From the NCBI GenBank assembly GCA_010015805.1, contig ML978123.1:868001-932000 (forward strand): a stretch of DNA of 64,000 bases, in the 5' to 3' direction. Below are positions 1-9,642 of this stretch, one piece after another; position 1 is the first letter of the stretch; every line of letters starts with the position of its first letter. This DNA is from Rhizodiscina lignyota (Eukaryota). The notes beneath the pieces were generated by a model. The model searched no databases. It was not told where the DNA came from and was given only the letters and a program-made list of their open reading frames with translations. The translations under genes were made by a program, and so were the position numbers.

Positions 1-509
1 CCCAATATGAAGGAGATAAACGAGTGCCTCGTCATCAAGACACATCTCCCCGAGCAAAGTATGCGAATGCCACGAAGATCCACGATCTAGGCCAGACTGC
101 TATCAGACTTGATAGCGAAGCAGGAAAGGTACACCGACATCGTCATTTACATCCTTCCTATTTCCAATGATGGCCGAAGAAAGCCAGAAGCCTACAAAAG
201 AAGACATTACAGGAGATTTGGAGGTGATGAAGAAAGGTTCGAGACGTGGAAACTGATGGTCAGTCAACTACGAGTCTACCACCTGAGAGGCCCGAGTTAA
301 CATCAATATGGGCCAGACTCACCATCTTGACCCCATGGCTCCTACGAAGAACTTTCAACTTGGCGGTCCGGGTCGTATTCGCCTCCAATTCACCTCGAAT
401 GACACCACCATCTCCAGCTGCCCCAGGCTTTGGTGGGCCAATTCCCGGTGCCGCTCCAACCACTGCGAGCTACAGTGACGATTTGAAGTTGATTGAAAGG
501 ACTACATAG
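1..509 (+). CDS. Possible 3' end of an unidentified gene entering from the left edge
   Basis: Open frame from position 1, GTATGC donor at ~59, TAG acceptor at ~116, then ORFs 109-300 and 246-509. No recognisable domain and the exon structure is unclear. Confidence 0.25.
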
Positions 510-1074
510 TTGTCGACGCAATAGATAATTTGCATTTAATACCGCCCGCAGGAATGAAGTGGGACACCCCTTTGGAACTGTAAGTACAGCCAAAACGAGA
601 GCAAGATAATTCAAGACTCACATTTGTTAGAAATTTAGGAACTACGCCTGCCCCTTCCGTGTATGGCATACACTAGATCAAACACGCAAAATTTCCAACG
701 ACGTGTCCTCCCTCGGCTCCCATATGTGAACACCGACTTCGTCTTCATTTTCGAGAAGAGCCGCCAGCGCAGCACGCAGCAATGGAGCGCCCACACATAC
801 TATATAAATACCTGCGTCGTACGCCACATTACTCTCTCTCGGTGACGGGCAAGATCAGCCGGTTTCAGAATTGATTCGACTGTATGAGGAGAATCAAGCA
901 CGAAAAGTCAGTCAGAGTTAGAGTGAGTTGCGCATCACGATTCACGGAGCAACTGCTAAGCTTCCTTACCTACGAATCCTGTACCAACTTCCGTCTGCCT
1001 GCTAAAGTGTCTGTGGGGCTGCAGCGCATGTGCTAACGCTTCTGCGCACATTAGTATAGAAGCTAAGTAAGTCG

Positions 1075-1530
1075 GAGCTGTTCTATCAAAGCAGCATTTC
1101 TACTCTCCCGACAGTCACCTCGAAAGAGCGCCCGCGTACGTTCAAACATACGTCTAGCACACATAGCCGAAGGTCACTCGCTTCAGCAAGTTTCACGGAG
1201 TTCGCGGTTTCGATCGAGCTGTCACAAAGTCCACCGAGCTCCCATACTTGCTCAAACACACTCTGAGTACATTAGAACTGGCGTTGTCAACTTGGAGCTC
1301 TTCTGCCCTTGTGTTATCTCCAGCCTCCCTGCCGCTGCCTCGAAAGAGATCCTACGAATGTTCAAACGTGGGCTAACAGCAAAACACCAGGCCCTCTAGC
1401 TTCGATGAGTTGGAGCAAACACATCTCTTCAATCGACATGTCATGGAGGTCACGGAGCTCCCGCAGTTGTTCAAACACACAGTCCGAGTATGCCATCCTC
1501 AGGAGCCTCTCTATCAACATTCCTCCGCAT
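1075..1530. repeat. Diverged tandem repeat, ~110-bp period with ~220-bp higher-order unit
   Basis: (T/C)TCAAAC core at 1141, 1251, 1361 and 1470. CCTCGAAAGAG recurs at ~1118 and ~1338; GAGCTCCC...TCAAACACA...GAGTA at ~1236 and ~1455. Confidence 0.7.
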
Positions 1531-1842
1531 ACTGTTTCCACCCCGAAATCCAAGGCCCACAACCTCGGTCGGATCTATCTTAGATACAGCGAGAGTCGCG
1601 TTCGACGCGCCGAAGATCAAGCGTTCAGAATGAATTAGGCAGTACAATGGTGGCATACAAAGACGGGACAAGCGAAAAAGAAGTTTGCGGCGTGGTGCAC
1701 AATATGGTCCCATGGAATCGAACATTGAAGACAGAATGCAGCGATCAAATAACCCAATCGTATCTATCCAACATTACGTAGCCATACGCCAATAGAAATA
1801 CACATAACCTTCCCCAGGAATTAATACACAACGGCTTTCCCT

Positions 1843-3912
1843 CTACCATATTCCAGAAGGCTGCACACTACCCGCTCTCCTATCCTTCTTCAGTGGGCTG
1901 AACTGGAAGCCATCGGGCGCAGTGATCAACGGCTTGCCATTCTTGCCCTTCCCAAGTGCCGCAAGCCCTCTTCCAGCAAACAGTCCTCGCCCCGGAATGG
2001 GTTTCGCTGGACCCACCTCCTCATCATCCTCGTCGAACAGTGTCTTGCCGAAGCTCGAACCAAGCTTTCTCCTCTTTTTCTTTTCTGGTTCCGGCTCTAT
2101 GGCGAAGGATTTATACTCGAGGAGGGACTTGCGAGGTTTCTTGTTCGGATTGCTTGGTTTGAGCTTAGGTATCGGCACGCCGAGGGGAATGGTGGTCGTG
2201 GTTGTAGTCGTAGTCAGATTTTGAGGTTCGTTTTCTTGTTCTTCGCTCGCTGCAGATGGTTTGTGCTTCGGGTTTTCCTTGAATGGCGAAGTCTCTTCTG
2301 CAACCTTTTCAAGAGACGGCACGGCGGCAGAAGCCTTCTTCCTCTTCGCGCCAGCTCCTTTAGCGTTCGACTTTGCCGAAGGTGCAGGAGCGAGAGGCTT
2401 GGTCTTCGCCGATGCCTTCTTGGTGGCCTTTTTCCCAGCTGCGGATGGTGTACCTTCATGGTCAACCTCCTTCGGCTTGTCGTCCTCCTCGTCCTCCTCG
2501 TCGTCCTCATCCTCTTCTTCAATGGGGTTTGTGGCGGCGATACTCGATTTACGATTCAAAAACGGCGTGATGGAGAAGCTCGACTTCTCGCCAACGAGGC
2601 TTTCTGCTCTCTTCCCCCTCTTCGCTGGAGCGCCGTCTCCAGGCGTGCCAATAGCTGCATCCGGATCGGCCGCCCGCTTCCGTGGATTCTTCGCGCCTGG
2701 TTTGACATCCGCAGCAGCCTTCGCATTGGCAGCGGCAACTTGTGCCTTTTCCAGCTCAGCCTCCGTCTCCTTTAGCTTCTCTTTCGTTGACCTGAGCTTC
2801 GTGCGGAAAGCATTCAGCTTGTCATCGAGCATGGATTTCTGTGCTTCCCACTCCGTCTGTGCCTTTTGAATTCCTTTCTCAACCTTCTCACGCTCACGTG
2901 TCTCTTTCGCGAGTTCCTTCTGCAGCTCCTCTACCTGAGCAGACTCAGCGCTTGTGTCTTTCTTAATCAGCTTCTCACGCTCGCGCTTCTCTTTCGCGAG
3001 TTCCTTCTTCAGCTCTACTATCTGAGCAGACTCAGCTTTTGCGTCTTCGTTGGCCAGCTTCTCCACATTCGCAGCAGCAGACCGTTTCTCAGCCTCAAGC
3101 TCGCGTTTTAGGCGCTCTGATTCCTTCTTCGTGTCCTTGTGTAGCACCTTCTCCTCTTTCAGTTTCCTCTTCAGGTCCTCGATTTCGGCCTCATGTTCTG
3201 CAGACGCATCCTGCTGCTCGGTGCTGTTCTTGCTGCTTTTCTCCAGAGCGCGTTTGGTCGCGCGTTTCTCGTTCTCTAGCTCCACCTGGATAGTACTCAG
3301 CTGGCGTTGAAGTGATAGCTTCTCGGAGAGAAGGTTCTGGTATGATGTGGTCTGCGAGCGGAGATGCTCAAGTTCTGGCTTAAGGACGGACAGCTCCCGA
3401 GCGAGGGCGAGCTTCTCTGTCAGTACTTTGCTCGAATCCGTGGACACGTGCTCGAGTGATTGCACTTCAACCTGTAAATATAGTTTAGCCAATGAAGCAA
3501 TAATGTGAGCTTGCTACAGTACCTTCAGAGTCTCCAACTGGCGCGTCTTAAGCATGAGGTCGTTCCCGTGGCGGTCAACCGCTTCAATTAGCTGATCGAT
3601 GCGTACATTCTTCTCTTCCATCTCCTGTTCTAAGGCATCGGCTCGGTCTCCTTCGAACTCGAGTTGATTATGCAGATCCTCATTTTCGTCTTCGAGCAGG
3701 CGAATCTGGAAGCGCAGTTTACGGATGTCTTCATCTTTGCATACGCTTTCGCAGATGCGGGCGCTACGCTCGTAATTCAGCTCAAAAGTCGCGGTCTGGA
3801 GCGCCTGCTGTAGCTATGTTATTGTCAGCCTTCGCTCTGTGACTTGAACGAAGCCGCAAGTATCTACCTCTACTTCGTCGCTAATTTTCACGGATGCTGT
3901 CTTTAGTGCCAT
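1843..3912 (-). CDS. Long coiled-coil protein with basic/acidic disordered tail; possibly monopolin Mde4/Lrs4-like
   Basis: ATG 3912 (MALKTASVKISDEVE), introns ~3814-3867 and 3472-3522, joining ORF 1843-3492. Heptad-rich N-terminal half, S/TP sites, KKKRRKL NLS-like motif, C-terminal FSPLKKDRR. The family call is tentative. Confidence 0.8.
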
Positions 3913-3988
3913 TTCAAGTATACACCCGAAAATATATGCTATAATGCGGAATCAAAGGTGTCGGCGTAGAGATGGTTGAGCTGCGGAG

Positions 3989-4013
3989 ACGCGTCGTGCG
4001 AAAAGATAAACAA
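3989..4013. promoter_or_regulatory. MCB-like (ACGCGT) and forkhead-like (ATAAACA) motifs in the ~220-bp bidirectional promoter
   Basis: ACGCGT at 3989-3994 and ATAAACA at ~4006, between the divergent ATGs at 3912 and 4135. Confidence 0.4.
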
Positions 4014-4134
4014 AAGCGTTGCCATGTGCCGGTTAAACTTCGGTATATTTTAAAGGCCAACTGGAAGCTTGAGCTTGAGCTTCAATGGTGACGACGACTT
4101 TCTTCGCCCGACCACTGTCTGCCATTTCAACAAG

Positions 4135-5217
4135 ATGAGGTTATTTCAATTTGTAACAGGTGCTCTATTCGCCGCTACAGCCTTCGCGGCAAAGTCCTCT
4201 GGAGACAGGTTTAAGGACAGCATCGCAAAGACGCAGCCACTCAAGCTCGACGACACCAGCTATGGCAAGCTCACATCCGCTCCACGAGACTATGCGGTAG
4301 CGGTCCTCTTAACGGCGATGAAGCCGCAGTTCGGCTGCCAGATGTGCCGTGAATTCGATCCAGAGTGGACGCTTCTCTCCAACAGCTGGACTAAAGGAGA
4401 CAAGAATGGCGAGTCGAGGCTGCTCTTTGCGACGCTCGACTTTGTGGATGGAAGAAATACTTTCCAATCGGTATGCAAGAATAACTTCTTAATGGGGCTA
4501 TATCACTGATTTATTATTGCAGCTTATGCTCCAAACCGCTCCCGTCCTACTCCTTTTCAACCCTACAACCGGGCCAAACGCCAAAGCCGACATCCAACCC
4601 ATTCGCTTCGACTTCTCCATGGGCCCTCAATCTGCGGAGTCAATCCACGCCTGGCTTTCACGCCATCTCCCCGATACTCCACACCCACCGCTCATTCGCC
4701 CACTAAACTACGTCCGCATCGCGGTTATTACGACCTCCGTCCTAGGTTTCATTACCGCATTAACGGTCGCTGCGCCGTATATAATGCCCTTGGTACAAAA
4801 TCGCAACCTCTGGGCCGCAATCAGCTTGATACTGGTATTGCTGTTCACAAGCGGACACATGTTCAATCACATCCGAAAGGTGCCATACGTGGCCGGTGAC
4901 GGCAAAGGAGGCATCAGCTATTTCGCTGGTGGATTCCAAAACCAGTTTGGCTTGGAGACGCAGATCATCGCTGCTATCTGTAAGACCTCATATGAAAGCC
5001 TATTGATTTCCAGATTAGGAACTAATGATGACTAGATGGTATTCTCTCTTTCGCGGCGATTTCCCTGGCACTCAAAGTCCCAAGAATCGCGGACCCGCAG
5101 TCTCAGACTCTTGCGGCGTTGATTTGGGCTGGAGTGATATTCGTGATGTACAGCTTTTTGCTCTCCATCTTCAGGATTAAGAACGGAGGGTATCCATTCT
5201 GGCTTCCGCCATTCTGA
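4135..5217 (+). CDS. OST3: Oligosaccharyltransferase subunit OST3/OST6 family
   Basis: Signal peptide MRLFQFVTGALFAATAFA, thioredoxin-like CQMC, FTSGHMFNHIRKVPY, QNQFGLETQ, C-terminal KNGGYPFWLPPF. Introns 4471-4522 and 4980-5035. Confidence 0.93.
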
Positions 5218-5348
5218 TTGTCATTTGACCACCCTCCGGAAGCATTCGCCAATGGAATAAAAAGTAGTTTCTAAGCATCTAGAGAGAAGGGAAATGTATT
5301 GTACAAAGTCTTGTGGCCCTGCATTTGACGAATGGTGGCGTTGCGGCT

Positions 5349-7106
5349 TTATCTCTTGGGACGGAGCATGCTGTAGCTCTGTATGAAAAAGTTTCGTTCG
5401 AAGAACAGTCTGAAGTATATGGCAATCAGCACTTCTCACTTGTGTTTCACCCGAGATAGCAAACATGACTTACATTGACACACCCAACCCAGCAGCAATC
5501 GCACCGGCCCTCAACAACTGCCCCACAAACCCTTCAGAAGCCGCCGGTCCAACAGGAGACCTCAACGCCGCCTCTGCTGCAACAGCAGCAGCAGCGCTCA
5601 TCGCATTCGGCAGCGTAGCAAGAAAGTCGAAGCCCTCGCCATTCGTGCGGAACCACTTCCCAATGAACCAACTACCCCATACGATGCGCAGCGCCATATT
5701 GACACAGTTCGCCCACACAAGGCCACTCCCGCCCAGCTCCCACACCCGCACAAACAAATACGCAGCACCGGCGAATGCGACGGAGAAGAACCCCATGAAT
5801 AGGCCTTGAGCGTAGAGGTCGGCGTTCGTAGCGACGGCCGAAACGAAGGCTTCGATAACGCCATTTAATGCTAGAAGTGGGATGTAGTACGTATATGTTG
5901 CAAGCACGGAGGGCGCGGAGGTGGTCGTCCAGCGGGAGCCCGCGATGAGACGGAGAAGAAGAGGGGCAATATGCGGGCCTAGGGAAAGAGCGAGGAGGGA
6001 GACGATGAGGTAGAGGTGCAGGATTGTCGTGAGAATTCGGGATGCTTGTCTGATGTTGGGGTTTTCTTTCTTCGTAGACTCATTCGGCTTATCTGACTTT
6101 GCTACGTTCGCTATGCTCTGCTCAGGTTCGGTAACCTGTGTGCAAAGCTTGGCGAATAGGTTACGACTGCTCTCCTCAATTGGCTGAAATACCATGCGAG
6201 CGACGAGGCCACCGTAATTTGATGCGAGGGCGTAGGCACCTTGGTCCGCTAGCGATGCGAGCGCTGTGATGAGGAGCGCATCAGCTTGGGTTAGGATATA
6301 TTTGAGAGATGACTGAAGAGTCAGACTAATGCTGAGTTGCGTAAGGGGTCGAGAGAGGAGCGAGAGATATGGCTGCTGCTCCGTGGGTCTAGAGAGGCGT
6401 CAGAGAAATGCGGCATAGTCAGAGTACATTAGTGGATAGATAGGACATACTTTGATTGGAGCTTTGAAGGCAGTAGAGAGAAGGACTCCGTTCTAATCGA
6501 CGACTGCACATGCAATGTGTACACCAGCAGTAGAACGACAGCATAGCTAATCTGTCCCATCGCGAAAGGCAATACACTCACATCTCTTCCACTCTTACTA
6601 GCCCATATTGCCGTACCACAGGTGATAAGGCATCTCGATATTGTCGCAGCAGTCTCAGCAGATGCTCTGATTTTATACAACAATTTCTGCTGCGCCGCGA
6701 CGAACGCCGGCTCAGATAGGAGTTCAATCACACATGCCACCCCGTAGATAACCAAACTCTCCACGAAGAAAGGAACACGTGGGACATCAGCGCGAAGGTA
6801 CAGCCACCCTAGAAAATAAGAAAGGGGGACGCCCGCAAGAATCGCGAGGTATGAAAGATTCACAACCGTCTGGACACCTTGCGCTTGGCGCTGCACTGCG
6901 ACCCTGATGCTTTCGCGAGAGAAGTAGAGAACGGAAATGGAGTACAGCTCTAACTGCGCTGATATCCCAAGGAGCTCTGGAGACAAGAAACGCAGGAGAA
7001 TTTGATTCAGAGCAAATGTGAGAGCGCGTGAGAGGAGTTGGAGAAGGATGAGGTAGGATGCTCCCGCTGCGGCGGACGCAGAGAGGGATTTTTCTGCGTC
7101 TGCCAT
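5349..7106 (-). CDS. RFT1: Man5GlcNAc2-PP-dolichol translocation protein Rft1
   Basis: [65 protein letters not shown]. Introns 6389-6450 and 5410-5473; stop at 5349-5351. Confidence 0.95.
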
Positions 7107-7657
7107 GACCTTAGAACAGAGTGGAGAAGTAGAGAAGGAAAAGGTTCAGATGTGCATCAATACATGTTTACAAAATCTATTGATGAGGCCACCTTTTAAG
7201 CATGAAGTTGAAGATGGAGCTTGTTAGCGAAACCCTAACCCTACACTCCGCGATGCCTAAGTGCTCACAGCTCTAATACTTCAGTGTAATCGACATTATC
7301 TTTAAAAGTTTAACCTTACATTATTTGGAATGTATATAACAACAGGCCTTTAAAGACTTGTAAGCTGTATTGGTCTTAGGGTCTCTACACCACCGCTATT
7401 CCGTGTCTTGGGAGCCGCAGCCAAATTTTTGACACCGTCAAGGAGGGCTGTCTTCTGCTCGTTGCTGAAGTTAGTGACATTTCAGGAACGGATCAAATTT
7501 CAGCCATCAGCACCAACAGTGTCACAAAGAAATCAAATCAAAGAAGGGAAGGCAAAGGCAAAGGCGAATGGCTAAGAGGCCCTGGGAAACAGGGCGATTT
7601 TCTACGTCAATATCAGACGACACAGCCGGCGATCTGTGCATTACAACTATAAACTCA

Positions 7658-9070
7658 TTATACCATCGCAGCGGCCGACTTCGATTGCGAACTCTGTTTA
7701 CTCGGGAAGGACGACTTCCCAACGTTGCCACCTCCTACTTTCGGGTCCAGCCCTGTACTCCAAAAATCTGGGCGATTCATGCCCTCGTCCTTGCGCACCT
7801 GGTCGTAAGCATCCTTTAGCGCGATGATCTCGCCATACGTGACGATACGCCGCTTCGCGCGCAACTCGCGCTCCGTGAACTCAATATCCTCGCGTACGCG
7901 GCGCAGCGAGTCGAGGTACTGGATGAAGCGGTTCGGGAAGCCCTGGCCCTTCACGAGCGCGAGGACGCCGTTTATTATGGCAATGACGCCGCCGAGGACC
8001 GCGACGGGGATGTGGTAGTCTCCTTTGAGTGCGCCGATGATGATGAGCACGGCGGCGATGATGAGCTGCGCGATCATGCAGATGTAGGTGAGCAAGTCGT
8101 AGAGGATGTATAGTCGCTGGTTAATTCTCTGCTGCTGAAGGATGGAGTAGTAGATGCTGGTGTAAAACTCCTCGTCTCTCTCTTCGCGCCGGAGGCCGAA
8201 GGTGAGTATGTTCAACAGATAGCGGCGCCAGCTCCGCGGTTGTTTGACTTTAGCCGGTGGAGAGATGGCTTGCGGGACGACTTGGGCCGGGGAAGTCTTC
8301 TCATAAGGCGTCTTTGGTGTAACTGGCTCGTCCCCTGCGGCAGCACGCCGAGTGCTGTCGAGAGCGAGAGGTGTGCCATGTTCCTGAGGTATGCCCATCA
8401 AGGCTCGAAAGACTTCTATGTCTATAGGCTCGTCACTGGGATCTTTGATCGGGGCGGGATCGACTGAATCGTTGACAACGGGTGGCTTTGCAGCCGTGGT
8501 TGACGTTGTGCTCAACCGTTGCAAGTCTGCTTGCGCAGCTTGTCCTCGCGAAGCTGACCGCGTTGGTCTCTGCGCATCTGACTGACTGCTAGATTGCATA
8601 TCTTGAACAGTCGAACTTCGGCTGAATCTCTGTTCTGGCTCGTATGTGCTTGTTTGGTAGTACGCGATGGGCGGATACGATTGAGCCGGAGGATCACTTG
8701 CAGCAGGCTGATCGGGATAGCGCCTGTTATTTTGCTGCGATTCTACTCCAGGCTCAGCAGCGCTGAACTCCTGGCGGAGGTTGGAATAGTCGCGGGTCAC
8801 GTGAGGTGGGTGGTGGACTGTTGCTGAATCTCGAGGCCTCGAGCGCGGGTCGGTGGATTGGCTAGCCTGCTGGGCCTGAGCTGTACTGCTCGGGTATGCA
8901 GCGTCGAATCTTTGGCGAGGATCAGGTTCTTGATACTGGATATGCGGTGATTGCGGGTCTGGATTGGGGCTGGTAGGAGCGTTTCGAGGTCGGCCAGATC
9001 CAGAATATCTCTGCGAAGAAGGCCTCTGTGAGGATGCCGCTCTTAAATCTTTGGAATCTGCAGATTGCAT
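7658..9070 (-). CDS. Disordered N-terminus plus C-terminal SLATT_fungal-like (SMODS/SLOG-associating 2TM effector) domain
   Basis: Two TM helices (LLTYICMIAQLIIAAVLIIIGAL; IPVAVLGGVIAIINGVLALVKGQGFPNR) followed by a helical LRRVREDIEFTERE segment, which matches my recollection of fungal SLATT proteins. First ATG 9070. Confidence 0.8.
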   Translation of the reverse strand: MQSADSKDLRAASSQRPSSQRYSGSGRPRNAPTSPNPDPQSPHIQYQEPDPRQRFDAAYPSSTAQAQQASQSTDPRSRPRDSATVHHPPHVTRDYSNLRQEFSAAEPGVESQQNNRRYPDQPAASDPPAQSYPPIAYYQTSTYEPEQRFSRSSTVQDMQSSSQSDAQRPTRSASRGQAAQADLQRLSTTSTTAAKPPVVNDSVDPAPIKDPSDEPIDIEVFRALMGIPQEHGTPLALDSTRRAAAGDEPVTPKTPYEKTSPAQVVPQAISPPAKVKQPRSWRRYLLNILTFGLRREERDEEFYTSIYYSILQQQRINQRLYILYDLLTYICMIAQLIIAAVLIIIGALKGDYHIPVAVLGGVIAIINGVLALVKGQGFPNRFIQYLDSLRRVREDIEFTERELRAKRRIVTYGEIIALKDAYDQVRKDEGMNRPDFWSTGLDPKVGGGNVGKSSFPSKQSSQSKSAAAMV

Positions 9071-9642
9071 TTGTGACACGATTAATTATTGATATGAAGC
9101 TGAAATAGCTGAAGAGCGCGGAAACGAATGAGGACTCGGCTATCACTAGTGAGTGTAGCTGAAGCAGTACAAGAGAGTGGATTGGGCAACGCGCGCACGA
9201 AATGAATTGATAGAAGGAAAGTCTATCTTGGCAGTTACCTCGCTTGGACATTCGAACTTAGACGGGATGGATCTGGATGTGAATTTAAGCTGATTTGGAT
9301 GATGCAGCTGAGTTGGTAAGACGAGGTTGGGACCCTGGCAGGAGATGGCTGGAACGCTCGTTTAATCGATCAACCAGGCCAACTACGACTTTCTCCTCCA
9401 TCGATCCGAAAGTGAGGAATATATTTAGAGACTCGCATAGAATGCTTATTTGATAGGTCGACACTCCGTAAAACTCACTGAAATGATTAAAGCTGGGCTG
9501 AGGCATCGATAGAGACTTCTGACTCGGCATGAACACGCGACACTCGAACATCTCCCACTCTCAGCCTTACCATCTCAGCTGTGCCACCGGAGCCCTGCCC
9601 GCTCGGCTTTTACTCTTCGCAGCCTTACCATCGCTACCTACG

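Noticed and set aside
1922..3310. Multiple long plus-strand ORFs (e.g. 2261-2869, 2221-2775)
   Set aside because: Antisense shadows of the coiled-coil gene, with low-complexity Ser/Phe translations.
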